Source of the DNA: Bigelowiella natans CCMP2755
Lineage: Eukaryota > Protista > Cercozoa
Assembly: GCA_000320545.1 (NCBI GenBank)
Contig: ADNK01001434.1
Coordinates: 82,205-146,204 of the forward strand
DNA length: 64,000 nucleotides
Direction of reading: 5' to 3'
Position numbers and translations under genes: made by a program. The first letter of the stretch is position 1, and each line of letters opens with the position of its first letter. A model generated the notes under the pieces. That model saw only the letters and a program-made list of their open reading frames with translations, had not been told where the DNA came from and did no database searches. Shown here piece by piece: positions 50,957 to 64,000 of this stretch.

Positions 50957-51569
50957 TGTCATTTAGATCACAGCATGCTGAAAGTCTCTGAAATTTGCGA
51001 CTTTACGCGCTAGAACAACAAAGCTCATCAAGTCTTTGTTCATCACGAAATGAACATTCATGCGACAGCACAATCTAGCAATGGTTAGCATCGATTCTGC
51101 GCACTACGTGCGCAACCACGTCGTAGTGCGCGCACTGTGGCGGGGCAAACATTCGTGTGAGTTGCAGAGTTTTGCACGAACGCGTCGAATTCATACATCA
51201 CTTTGCTCCATTTTCATCGCGTAAAAAATTGTTTGTCTCGCGTGCATGTTATTGGCGAATAACATACACAATAACTACATCTCATTGCTCATGTAGTAGC
51301 ACTAACTTGTCTAGCCATGTGCTACGTACGCGGTGCAAATGACATCAAATGACTAGGAAGATTGTAACAGCAGCCAAGATCATGATCGGAGAGCATATCT
51401 GAACAGTAAATAGCATGCGCACGCGCGTATCCCTCATGTCCTGTATATGCTCACAAACATACATTCACACGTTGCAGAATACTTCTAATGGACATCAACG
51501 CGATTGCATGCGCAGATTGGGTCTATCGGTCAGTGATAAGAGCAGTGTAGTTAATTGACTAATGCTAGG

Positions 51570-51913
51570 CTATTTAGCTTCAAGCTGGTTCTTTTTGCGA
51601 AGACTTTGTTTGTATACTTCCTTCTTGCGTTCCTGTTCTCTCAAGACGCGAACATCTTCTGGAAGAACGTCAACCACCCTCCCCACGACACCCAGATCCA
51701 CTAGCTTTGCCGCTCTACCTGCGTATGGATCGACGAACTTGCGCACCTGCACCATCAGAGCAGATATCAGACAGCAACACAAACAAACAACCGCCAAAAA
51801 GGAACAGAATGTCCCGAGAACTTATTTTCCAAACGTATGATAATTTGTATATGATTGATTACCACAGACACTCACGGAGACACATATTTACGCACGTACA
51901 CATAGATATAACA

Positions 51914-51944
<31 letters not shown>

Positions 51945-53630
51945 TTCTTAAAACACACTTAAACCGCAAAGCAACGATTCTTGGTGAATCTTAGTAATCG
52001 ATGATCTACCCACCACACTTACTTCATGCCATCCTAGGAAGGCGTGCGTGAACTCCAAGGGCTCTTTACCAGTTGTTACAGAGACGAATTTCGCATCATC
52101 ATCGCATCTCTGAAACGGCATAAAAGCAAGATGAGGAGAGCAGATGGCCGAGTGTGAGCAGGGGGGAAAGGAACGGACAGAGCATGAAATACTCCATTGC
52201 CGTGCATCGCTCATATTATCGATTGACGTCGTAAATTAAAAACTGGCGGTGACAACAACCTGCTTGGCAATTGCTTTGGCGAGCTTCTCCGCCCCCTCTA
52301 CCAATCGCTCGGATGCGTAGGCCCCACGCCACACAAATATGGTGCTGAGGAAGGGTTTGCAACCACACGATAATGAGGAAGGGGGGGAGCGGATGAGCAA
52401 TGGACTTTGAAGTGATAAGGCGGAATATATCTATCACGATAGATGAATCCGAAAAGAAGTTGGAAAGATAATAAATGTCCTCTTGCTGCACCCCTCTTCC
52501 GTCGTATGCGACAGTCTCCCCGATCAGTACCCCGCATACCACAGGAAGGACGACAACAACGACAACGACGACAACCACAACGACGACTACGAAGAAGACG
52601 GCAGAGAGATCGCTGCTACTACTATTCTAATTACAAGTGCATATCCAGCAGGTAGACCCCCGCCTCGTGGAGATCCTCGTGCGTAAAGTCGATAACCTCC
52701 TGCACCTAAGAGGAAAGAAGGGGTGGGGGGGGGTAGGTGTTCAGTAACGTTGACCGAAGCCGAAGATGTGTCCAGCCTTTCATCATCATTATCATCATTA
52801 CTACCACTACTACTACTACTACTACTACCATGAGATAGTGCCTAATGAGACTTGCTTGGTAAAGGATGGGATTCTCGAGCCTAGAAAGTGTGATCAAGAT
52901 GACTTGATGTGACGACGTTGATAATGATGATAAGGATGATGATGATGAGCGAGATATTGGCCAAAAAGCAACGGTATTTACTAAAAGCACCAGCGATGTC
53001 GCAGAACAAAGATGATCGACGCTTTTCTCGGTGGTGGTTGTACTATCTAATATAATCCCCAGCCCCACCCTCTGGTAGGTATGTACGCAAGTCTCATCTC
53101 AAGTTGTTTGGGTAGGCGTGCGACCTTTCGTTGCCCGCAGCGTTTGTAGCTGAGGCTGTGAACTTGGCGTACAGCCCCTTTCCGCCAATAGCGTTCCAGA
53201 ATTGCGCGGATTCCTGAAAACAAAAGGCAGTGAGAGATGCCACGGTAACAGCAGCAACAACAGCAGTAACAACAGGAACAACTATGTCATCATCATCATC
53301 ATCACCATCACCATCGTCATCATTTTCCCATGCACATCAAGCGGCCTCCCTTGCCTCCTTCCTAGCACCCGCCCCAGGAAGCAGCGAACAATGGCTACCT
53401 GTCCTTCTTCGCACGATATGAAGATCTCTTCCGTATTGAGGTGCGCCAATTGTTCCTCCTCCTCCTCGTCATCCTCCGTAAGATTAGTGTAGATGTGAAC
53501 GGCGGTCCGCGCCGCACGCTTACGCTCCATGTTGCTGCACATCGCTCCGTACCTGATGAAAGGGGAGGCGGCGGCGGCGGTGTATCAGCCAACGTCAAGG
53601 TATGGCAACTATCGTCGGGTTGAGGATTAC

Positions 53631-53668
<38 letters not shown>

Positions 53669-54267
53669 GAGTGAGAGGAAAGAGGGAAGGACGGCTATGT
53701 GCGTGGTCAATCAATCATTGATGAGCATGCTTCTAGGTGGTTGTATTAAACCATTGTAGATGGATGAAAACTACGATGATGATGTATTAACGATGATGTT
53801 GGTAATGATGGCGATGATGACGACCAGATGAAAAATCGAGTTGGCGACTCCTGCACGACGAATGCATCCTGGGAGGAAGAGGTTACGAAAGGGCACACAA
53901 CACCAATCACATCCATCATCAATGCAGCCACGAACACCACGAATCGAAGTGACAATCGCTGCAGGTTGTAGCTGCAGCACCAGTAGTAGTAGTAGTAAGA
54001 AAAAGAAGAAGAAGAAGAAGAAAAAATGGTATGAGTAGTTGTGGTCATAGTAGTAAGAGTTGCAGCTGTGTGATAGCAGAAGAACAGGCAGGTATCCATC
54101 GCTTCTCGTCCTCCGTTCACATGCGAGGAGCTGCTGTATGCAGTGATCCTCCTCCTCCTCACCGTAGAGTTGAGAGAAGCTGCTTCGCACGGAACCTCGA
54201 GCGTGCGAGTGAGCATATCACTCGCACCCCTGATATGAAACATCCGCTTCCAATACCTGCGTGGTAT

Positions 54268-54308
<41 letters not shown>

Positions 54309-56788
54309 TGCGTGGGCGTTTGTTAAAAATCGAATGGATAATACCCAATGGAACTCAGCCTCCTAACTTCTTTCGGGCCCATTTCACCTCTTCTCTCCTC
54401 GCCCCCTAACTTCGCCTTCTCCTCTTCCCCTCCTCCTTTTGAGTCAGGGAGGGGCGGGGGCGGGGGCGCGACGTGACCATCCTCGTCGACAGCAGCCTCG
54501 GTTGGCGGCTGGGCCAAGACGAGAATGCCAGTGTCGAACAGCTCCAAAAACTCCTCCGGCTCACGATTCTGGAAGATTCGTCCTATGTTGGGCTTGCAGC
54601 GGAAGCCCTTTTGTGCCATCTTGTCCATAAACGGTGGCATGAGGTCGTAAAGCCATACGAAGTAGCTCGACTTGCTTGACAGCCGCCCCTGCCAGAAGAA
54701 CATGGAGTACCGTTTCGTCTTCTTGAAGATAAACGTGCAGATGATCGCGTAGCAGCGGTCGGAGTGGAAGCTACCGTAGCAGTGATCCGGGATTACGCTT
54801 AGAACAGAATCCTTTATCTCGTACACTGCCAGGTCCACCTCACTCCCCTGGTCCTTCTCGATTATCTTCGTGTGCTCGCGAGCGATTTTGGTCGCGGTAT
54901 GTCGAGCAACGAAGGCGGCTTTGGTGCTCGGCGACGACAATGGGCTCCTTGAGTCCTCCCTTTCCTTTTTCTCCTTGCCTCCACCTCTCTGCTGCTTAGC
55001 AGGAGGAGGGGGGGGTTGGCCGAAGGGATGTTGGAAGACGACCCCAGTAGCTGTTTGGGCGGAGGAGGAGTGCTTGGGGCTCCTCAGAATCTGCTGTGGG
55101 AGGATCTTCTCCCCGTTCACAATAGACTGCGCCACCGTGATGTTCACGGCCTTTAATTGGCGCCGCTTCGACGGGGCAAAGGGGGGGGCGTGGTTACGCC
55201 CCCCCGCGTGATGGAACCAGTCGGAGAACTTGAGCGTGAACATGGGGTGCAGGTACGGGTGGACTAAGCTTTTTATATGAACCCAGTCCTCTCTCGGCTC
55301 CTCCCCGTCCTCTTCCTCGGGGTCACCTTGCACGGCCTGCATTGCGAGTTGAGTCGCCACCTCCCGTTGCACAGGGTGCGCGCCAGAGCCCACGTAGATG
55401 AATATCTCCGTCTTGGCATCGAGCACGTACACGCAGTCGCTGCGAAGCTTGGACATGAAGATCGAGCCGTTCTTATCCGGCTCCACGTATAGAGGCTCCA
55501 CCTTCCCCTCCCGCGTGAGATCTACCTCAAACAGGTCGTACACAACCTCCTTCTCTGCCTTCGCATCGTTCTCAACCGAATCTGCAGAGGCGATCTTGGG
55601 AGGCTGTATCTTTACGTCATCGCTTTGGCCGTGGCTGCTGCCGCTGCTATTGCTACTATTGTTGCTACTACCGCTCAATCCCTTGCCCTCCAGCGCCAGC
55701 CAAAAATCGGCAGGCTCCTCTCCCTGTTCCATTGTACATGTGGGTGTGTGCGGTAGCTTCCGCGTCCTGACCTCCCCCTTCATCTGCATGGCTGCTTGAG
55801 CGCACAGGGATCGCTCCCGCCAATTGCTGCTCTTACCAAACCAAACGTAGATGACTTCACCAGCGTCCAGTAGGAACGAGTCGCCATCGTTCAGGGATTC
55901 GGCCCCAAGCTTCACCATATTCACGCGGATGTTCTTCTTCCCCTTGAATCGGTAGAGACGAGTGACATGTCGTCGCTCCTCCACGTGTGCAAGAATGGAT
56001 GGGCAGCCGCCCGCAAGGTACAGGAGGGGGCCATTTTTCGCAACCATCTTTTCTTCTCCTCCATCTCCATCACTGTCGTCACAGTTGTCCACAAGACCTT
56101 CTCCACCATACTTCTCAAACAGCTCTATCATGCGCTGGGACTCCTCCCCCTGAACCTCTCGGTGTTGTTTTATGGGGCGCGGCTCCATGGCGTCGGAGAG
56201 CTGCACTGCTCGGATGGCTGCAAGTGCTTTCTTATCGATGCCTGCTTCTTTCCCAATCCAGAAGTGGACGTGTGCCTCCACCTGGTTGGACCGCATGCTG
56301 ACCCCCTTCCGATGTAGAGCAGTCGCCGTGACGATGAGGTAGGAATCAGATGTGTGGAACTTGCCAAGCTGATCGTCCTCCTGGAGGCAAACCTCCCTCC
56401 CCATGATTCGCCACACTTTTACTCCAGGCTCAATGATTTCGACACCTTCAAAGCAGTCCTCTTCCCCGCCGACAACCGTAGCCATCCTAGTATCGATATT
56501 GCGCTTCCCGCGAGTCTTCTCTGAGCTTTGAAGGGCGGCCTGGACAAACTTTTCTCTCTCATCGCTGGCCTTTTTCTCCGGTAACTTAAATTCTAGGGTC
56601 GACAGTGCGCTCGCGGAATTAACAACTGTATTCTCAACGTCCCTTCCCGCTGTATCATCTTTGGTTTTCGATGGTTTAGGATGGGGTGGAGAGGGCTCCC
56701 GCTTCTTTTTCCCCTCAACAACTATGTCATTGCTAGTTGAATTTTCTACCACAGCCACTGGGATTTCTAGTTTTAGAGCTACCGTATC
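51570..56788 (-). CDS. Gelsolin/villin-family actin-binding protein, Flightless-I-like, six gelsolin repeats (5' end unresolved)
   Basis: PGVKVWRI..GKFHTSDSYLIV..HFWIGKEAGIDKKALAAIRAVQL..HREVQGEES; TRLYRFKGKKNIRV..SLNDGDSFLLDAGEVIYVWFG; YVLDAKTEIFIYVG; GSFHSDRCY..FFWQGRLSS; ESAQFWNAIGGK; FTHEDLHEAGVYLLD..GKEPLEFTHAFLGW. No villin headpiece. Confidence 0.9.
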
Positions 56789-57249
56789 CTGTGTGCGACG
56801 TCTCCGGTGCTTCTAATATTATGCCAAAACAACAAATATAGTCGATTCAAATAGTTACCATAAAGTCGAATTTCACAAACACAATGAATAGGACGAATAG
56901 AAATGTGAAATTTATAATAGAAAAGACAACAAGGGGGGTTAGGGGTGGGTGGGTAGGTTGCGAAAAGGGGATTGGGAACAGGTCTCCCCCATCAATATCG
57001 CGGATGCATGATTGCCACACTTTCTTTGAGTCATGGTTCTTGAATTTTTGACCGATTAAGTCGACAGCATCTAATAAGGCAACAAGGACAAGGATATTTC
57101 TTAAATGAATGGGACGAGTCTTTTGGTTGGTTGGTAACGCAATCTATGAACAAATATAAATAGATACTACCGGAGACAGACTTCTCTCCAGCCCTCGATG
57201 GGATCGATCTCGCACGGTCTCTTGCACGAGGATCAAACATGATTAACTT

Positions 57250-57470
57250 GATTAAGAATTGTTTCCAATGCTTAAACTGGAGATGTGTAAGCACTTGGCG
57301 AGACTAAGCGCTGAAATTGTCCTCGCTAGGGGGCATTTTCCTGAAACGGATTCTAAGTTAAAATCGTCGCCCCCAGTAGCAAGACGTAAATTGGTGTGGC
57401 AAGAATTTTGCTCCTGGTCAGACATAGCTGAAACGACTCATTAAGAATTTGATATGTGTACAGTTATATT

Positions 57471-57516
<46 letters not shown>

Positions 57517-58460
57517 GTTCAATCTTCATCTGGAGGGAGGAGGAACAGCGGAAATTAGCCAATCGCCACAATGCAACAGTAACTGAATTCTCATGGGGTA
57601 TTCGAGCTAGATGAATATAATATGCCCTTACAACAAAAATAGAAAGTTCAGAATGCCAAAAGTGGCATGCAAAAAGGATGGTAGAGGGAAGAGAGTCTCG
57701 GGGACCTGCGGGGGGGATAGACCAAAGGAGAACGGAAGTCCCCCTGGATTTAGAATAGAAAGAACGAAATAAACCTTGTCGTAATAATAAAGTCGCTTGT
57801 GACTTTGAGCATATGGGAGATGTTCGAATCTTCGTAATATCATGGAAAAGTAGAGCACATACTCAGATTTTACGTCCCAAAACGTCTTGGTGCATGCGAT
57901 TGATGGCTGAAAACCTCACATGCCTGTGACGCACTCTTAAATCCCATCGCGTTTGAGAGGTAATAGCAAGGAAAACGGGATTGCTCTGGTGGGCACTGTT
58001 CACCCGAACTTCGGTTCCATGCTCAGGTTATCACCGAAATTCCCCTGTAATTTCTCGTGGATGATGAGTGAGAACTATGCTTACGAAGTTTTCTCGAACA
58101 AAAGCGTGCAGAAAAGCGGTCGCTTTTCTTCGCAAATCTGGCTATAATTTACCCAGGAAACATCTTAGATAAATTTCTTCATCAAAGTCGAGAGCCGACG
58201 AGTTGGTGTTCCGAAGCCTTCCTTACCCTTGTTGGGCAACCGACGTGTTCGTTGTGAGGGCAATCCTTAGTGTTTTTACCTACGACATAAGAATCTGCTA
58301 TGTCGTAAGGAGGGAATATCCTAAATTTGATCGAATCGGAATCTGCCCCCAGGGCTGGTAGTCTGAAAACAGAGAAGAGACTCTTGTCGAACGCTGTAGC
58401 AGGCGGTGCGACCCCCACCCATTCCTCTCCTTCTATTTTCTTTTCAATGCGAAGCACTTG
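57250..58460 (-). CDS. Probable further exons (N-terminus of the gelsolin gene or a separate hypothetical gene)
   Basis: Non-repetitive open segments with GT/AG-like borders, for example 58182-58457 and 57772-57858. No recognisable domain. Confidence 0.3.
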
Positions 58461-59185
58461 CTCACCCCTCAGATCTCGTAGTCTTGTTCGAGGGGAGGAC
58501 TAGAATACTGATTGATGATGCGATGATTGCAAACGTCACCTCGGCTACGGCTCACGTGCTTTGAAACTAATGTGTGTCTGAGCAGGAAGGACGAGCTCGC
58601 ATTAGGCGAGCCCTCTTGAAGAGAGTGTAATAAAAGAACCGATAAACTGTGCCAAAGATCACATGTCGAACTGGATAGAATGGGCCAGCAAGGCCCTGGA
58701 CGACCTGGATTCCGGGGTAGCAAAGATTTACGTCACTCATTCATATGTAGACAATAGTGCCTTACGCAGTTGTGCCCTTTTGTCGCTTTCAGATGGCCTC
58801 GAAAATCAATGAGATTAAACAAAAGCAAAATAGTGGCATCAAAGATGATGAAAAGAAACAGGTGGTACGAGGCAGGGTGGGGGTAGCTGTGCACAGACTA
58901 CACTATCGTCATCAGTGTTACTTGCTCGACTCACAACACACTTCCCGCTCCCACTTATTCACCCATGTGGTCACGACTTACATGCATACCACATATGCCG
59001 CAAAAATTAGACCGCTCACCGCCAATCAGTCCACTTACAACACAAATCATGTAGCTCAACAAAAACGAAAACGTGAGCTCAAAAATTCAAACTTTCTGTA
59101 TTGCATACAATCATATGTAAGCGTTCCTTGTGTAAAGCACATGTTACCTATGAGCCAAAGTGGTTCTTAATTTTTATTCCTGCAG

Positions 59186-59498
59186 TTGCTGGTCGACCAA
59201 GGGGGCGCGGAGCATTGGGTTGACTTATCAGGTAGAACTGGCGATGATGAAAATGATGATGTCGTGGAACTGCGAGAAAACAGAAATTAAGTTAAGGTTT
59301 GGATATTAAAATTCTTCGTTGTTTCCAATGGTGTAGGATGCGATGTGGCTCCAGACGGAACATTTACAGTAACAGTAGCAGAGACCTCTCTGGCCTCTAA
59401 AGTAGGATCTCCATTCCTCGATGTGCCATTACTCTTTTAATCAATGTGACTGCATCTGCATTTTTTTAAATACACACACACACACACACACACACGCG

Positions 59499-59530
<32 letters not shown>

Positions 59531-61965
59531 AATTCATCTGCTTACTTTGTGTCTCTCCAGTCTGTGTGGTGGGCTGTATATTTTTCTGAACTAATTCTAC
59601 ACGGTGAATGTATGCAGCTTGGAATCGCTTTCGACGTGCAAGATTCGGTGGCAGCGGCCAAGATTAGAACGGTGCCAAAAAGCCCCCCTCCATCGAAGGG
59701 CATGATTACTAATAAAGCAGCTGTAGAAGGAAAGAAGGAGTTGCAAGATGCACTTAGTACTACAGCTGAAACAATACCAACCAAAACTGCGCGGTGGCCC
59801 AAGAACGAAGATGCTGCTGCGGTCATTGGCAAGGACGGCCAGAATGACGGTGGAAGGACGAGGAACTCAGGAACTGGCGACGTTGCTGGTGAGGAGGTGA
59901 GAGGTAACGCAAACACTATAGATGGGGCAGCAGATGTGGAGGACCACAAGTTATCCCCAGCAGCAGCCGCAGCATCGTCATCGTCATCGTCGTCGTCATC
60001 ACCTAATCCAACGGGCGAAAACAGCAGCTCGAAGAAAAGAAAAAGCGGACAAACTAGTTCCCTCTCGTCTATCGGCGACTCCGAGGTCGTGCGGGATGGT
60101 GATGATGATGGCAAGGACGATGCATCTCCCGTGGAAGGAGAAGCACCAGCAGAAGAAGAAGAGGGGCAGGCAGCAGGGAAGATGCCAGCATCATTCGATG
60201 ACGATTCTGCGAAAAAGTCCCCCCCGCCGGGGCCATCATCACCCATTGTTGGAAGTGGCCAGCAACGCGGAGCAGATGGTAATTCCTCGATGATATCCAC
60301 TGCTGCTGCTGCTGCTACTGCTACTGCTGCTAGTAGTAGTAGTAATGAAGATGGCCCTCGCCAAACCAAGGCTACTATTGGCGATAACGCCGCTAAAGTA
60401 GAAACTGCTGCATTAGAGGCAGACTCACAGAATGGCAGACGAGACAACGATGGAAAGAGAGGAGGAGGAGGAGGAGGAGGAGGAGGAGGAGAAGGAGAAA
60501 AAGACAAGTCTGAACTGGCGACTACTGCCAATACCGATGACAATGGAGGCGATAACACAAGAGACGCGGAGAAAGGCTTTTCAAGCGAGAATAATGCTGC
60601 TGCTGCTCTTGCTGCTGCTGGAGGTGATAGAAAGCTACAAGGCAAGGAAGCAAAAAGTGAAACGACGACAACGACGAAAACGAAGTCGCGGCAGAAGAAG
60701 AAAGAGGAAACTGCTCCTCCTCCTTCTCAGGAGATCCACTGGGGCGTTGCTTGCGACATGCTAGGACAGAATCCCATACGAGGGATACGATGGACGAAGA
60801 AAGGCCAGGACTACGATCTTTGCCAGGCGGCCTACGACACCTTATCAAAGGAGGAGAAAGCCCGCTTTATTCCTATCTTCAAGAGCGAGCTTCCCTCACC
60901 AGAAGAGTCCTCGTCTCGCCGAGCGTCAACTTTTGGCGGATTAACGGACACGTTCAAGAAGGTGGCGGGGAAAGGCCTCGAGCTCGTCAAGAAGCGGGTT
61001 GAGGAGGGCAGCAGCGTCATTAGCGGCGCAGCCTCGGAGGTGGCTGGTACATCGAAAATGATGACATCTCCATCGTCGTCTTCGTCGCTGAAGGGGAGCG
61101 CTGCCGCTGCTGCTGCAGACAAGGATTCGCAGATACGGTCTCTCTCTTCGCGGCTGGCAGCCGCTGAGAAGAAGGCCTCGATACTCAAGCAGAATGCAGG
61201 CCACCTCGAGGCCGAGCTGGAGGAAAAGCAGCAGGAGAACAGCTCGCTCCGGCAGGTCTGGAACGAGGCGAGGAGCAGCCTGAAACGCACACAGAAAGCG
61301 CTCAGAGCTAACGAGGAGAGGTACCGACACCGGCTTATGGAAAGGGAGAGCGCCTCGCAACGTAAAGCGGAGGCGAAGGAGCGCGAGTACAAGGAGTCCA
61401 TCCTCTCTCTTCGGAAGGAGATCGACAACATGCGGCGGGATCACGACAAGACGGTATCCCTCCGCGAGAGGACTGCGGAGGCTGCGGAGGCCGGCCGCCT
61501 GGACCTCGAGCGGAGAATGGCAAGCGCGATCTCGGAGGCGGCCGGCCTGCGAGACAGCATCGCAGAGCTCCAGGAGAAGAACGAGGACATGGTGCGAGCG
61601 CGCGATCAGACGGCCCAGGAGCACGCTAGAACGCTGCAGGCCCTCCGCAGCGAACACGAGCGCCTCCAGGCAGCCCTCGAGAGCGAGAGAAGACACAAGG
61701 GTACAACGCTCTCGGAGTTGAAGCACCGCGAGGGGTTCCTCGAGGACAACAATCTCGAGATAGCTAACGCCCTAGCTGAGTCTCAGCGGCAAGCGGACGA
61801 GAAGACGCGGCTCGTGGAGAGGGTGAAGCTGGAGGCGCAATGGGCCAAGGCTGATAAGAAGGCAGCCGAGGAGCAGCTCTCATCCACCAAGGAACGCCTG
61901 GCGATCGCAGAGACCGGCCTTGCCAAGCACAAGAGGGAGTCGAAGGAGGTTGCCATTGCGCGCGC

Positions 61966-62007
<42 letters not shown>

Positions 62008-63288
62008 CTTGGCGTAAATTCCATGTTGGGAAGGCCTGTCCATGCTGAGACGATGTATCTGATGCATGGGGATATATCTATATATTATATATCCGATAAT
62101 CATGACGATATGCCGCTGCTCTTTTTACTCTCTTCTTCCCTCCTTTCTTCCTCAGCGGCTGGGCGGCTTGGAGAAAGCACTTGCCAACGCGAAGATTGAG
62201 AATGGCCAGGTAGCAGGAAGTTAGGAGCTTGGCAGTTGTTACATCCAGTAGTAGAAGTACCGAGAGGAGTAAGAAAAACACAGATCACACGTACATATGT
62301 TAAGAACTACCACTAACGGGCTCTCCCACGCTACAGCTTGCCACCTCCCTATCTTCCAAGGCAATGGAAATCCGCACTCTTGAAGCCAAGGTAAGAGCTG
62401 CAGTGAAGAGGAGAGCCCAGTTGAGAGAGGAGAATAGGGAAGGAGAACAAACGAATTTGGAAGGAGAGAGAGAGGGGGTGGGGAGGATGGTAAGGACCAC
62501 ACAACATATCTCCATTTCTCTCTTTAATTGGTACTCATCGTTGATGTGTGTGTGTGTGTGTGTGTGTGTGTGTTGTCCATCCTCTTCCCCTCCTTGAATC
62601 TACCTGACTACCAGTTGGAGCAAGCAGTTCGGAAAAGGAGGAGGAGTACGAAGAAGACACCTAAGAAGAAGAAGAAGGTGTGTGGACGATGAAGACGACG
62701 ACAATCAAAAATAAGAAGAAGAAGAAGATGAAGATGATGATGATGATGATGAAGCAATACAGAGAACAGTACAATGAGGCAGAATAGAGCGAGGAAGGGA
62801 GAGGGTGATTCATCCGTTTAAGTTCAGAATTCATGCCCACTTGATGATACGTACGTAGGGGGGAAAGACAGAGGGTGCTCACAAAGACGAACAAACGGAG
62901 GAAAAGAAGGAAGAAGGGGAGGAAGAGGAGGAGGAGGAGGAGGAGGAGGAGGAGGAGGAGGGATCATCCTCGTTGGACGACTCCTCAATAGCGTCAAGGA
63001 TCAAAACTATGGCACAGCACCTCATGAAGAAGCAAACCGAAGTTGACAGGTTGGTGCGGGGAGCTCCCAAAGCGTATGTAGTATTAATAAGGGGGGGGGG
63101 GGGGGGTGCAATGAGATTGAGGGACAACGATGACGTCGACTTCCTAGTTTACGAAGACGGCAACGATAGGTCAATGGGTAGCTAAAAAGACAATTTACCA
63201 TTTAATGCCCTGTGCGGAGGATGTATTCTATGAGCACTGTCGGAAACTCGCTTGGCGGAACCTCCTCGTTGTTCTTCGTCCTATTGCT

Positions 63289-63324
<36 letters not shown>

Positions 63325-63932
63325 GCGCATGCCTGAAGTCTTCCTCGTCTACCTTTCTTCCACGTGTGCTGCTGCTGACAGAGTAACCGCCCATCGGAAT
63401 GCGTTAGCGCTGCAGCTTGAGACGGAGCAGCGAGCGGTCAAGTCTCTCGAGAAGAAGATTCGCTTAATGCGGGCAAACCCGGTCGGTGCTCTCCCTTCTT
63501 CCTTTTCACCTGATGATGTGCCCGCTGCTGTAGTATTGTGCCATCAAACGGAGGGGGGGGGGGGTTCCAAAAACAACGGGCAACAGCTTACCCTCCCCTC
63601 CTTCGCTCATCGTTTTTAATTTTCAGGACGTGGAGTACTACCGCGACCGGGCCAAGGCAGGTGAGGAAAAACGGGGATCACTCCATCAGCATCAGAAACA
63701 ATGGCGGCGGGGCGAATAATGCCATGGCCAACGCCCATCCGAGTGTGGCCAAGGCAATGCGATTCCTGGACTCTTTCAGGTTGAGTTAGTAAGTAGAAGC
63801 AGCTAGCAGTAGCAGCCAATGAATTTCCATGCAATGGCGCGGCCATATCGATGGCTTGCGTTAGGTTATAGAGGGAGCCGCGGAACGATGTTTGTCCAAA
63901 GACCGCATGGTCCACGCGTCTGCTCGCTCATT

Positions 63933-63984
<52 letters not shown>

Positions 63985-64000
63985 TCTGTGTGTGTGTGTG
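59186..64000 (+). CDS. Golgin-84 (golgin A5)-like coiled-coil protein with an internal degenerate ZZ-type finger (3' partial, 5' uncertain)
   Basis: Large exon 59618-~61966 with a long coiled coil. Later exons read RIKTMAQHLMKKQTEVDR|VTAHRNALALQLETE and SVAKAMRFLDSF, matching the golgin-84 C-terminal pattern. ZZ-like HWGVACDMLGQNPIRGIRW..DYDLCQAAY at ~60734-60844. Confidence 0.72.

Larger units (their letters stand above)
150..64000. repeat. Dense, mostly intronic microsatellites: (GT/CA)n, (TA)n, (CT/GA)n, (TAG/CTA)n, (CAT)n, (CAG)n, (ATATC)n, poly-G/C
   Basis: Dozens of runs, for example 672-710, 1298-1345, 3220-3250, 7861-7900, 20289-20370 and 25204-25241. Confidence 0.95.

Noticed and set aside
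51099-51131. 10-bp inverted repeat gcgcactacg/cgtagtgcgc
   Set aside because: Short and isolated, with no target duplication or second copy; could be chance.
60-64000. Many ORF-track entries with CVCVCV, YIYIYI, THTHTH, LSLSLS or poly-residue runs
   Set aside because: They are translations of intronic microsatellites or antisense shadows of real exons (for example 31216-31989 minus and 59542-60645 minus).

Overview
Intron-rich eukaryotic nuclear DNA with microsatellite-laden introns. Two genes encode a signal peptide plus an Arg-rich transit-like leader, suggesting an alga with a secondary plastid, possibly a chlorarachniophyte (inference). I spliced about 13 protein genes by hand: an EamA/DMT transporter, an F-box+SPRY protein, a Ser/Thr kinase with a KA1-like tail, an F-box-kinesin fusion, a TLC-domain protein, a plastid-type EF-hand membrane protein, a large PKD1/REJ-GPS receptor with tandem PDZ, a duplicated EF-hand protein, a C2H2 zinc finger, an HA-domain protein, a Flightless-I-like gelsolin, a ZZ+golgin-84-like protein and a partial hypothetical gene. 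There is also a U2 snRNA and a small MITE. The most striking unexplained signal is a set of 0.3-1.6 kb tracts downstream of genes where TpA is almost erased, surviving only as CTA/TAG (mostly CTAG), while CpG is kept. Two short local duplications differ only by TA versus TG/CA. This pattern suggests a targeted, context-specific A-to-G hypermutation process, opposite in direction to RIP, that reaches into neighbouring exons. Gene models and counts are manual and need computational confirmation.
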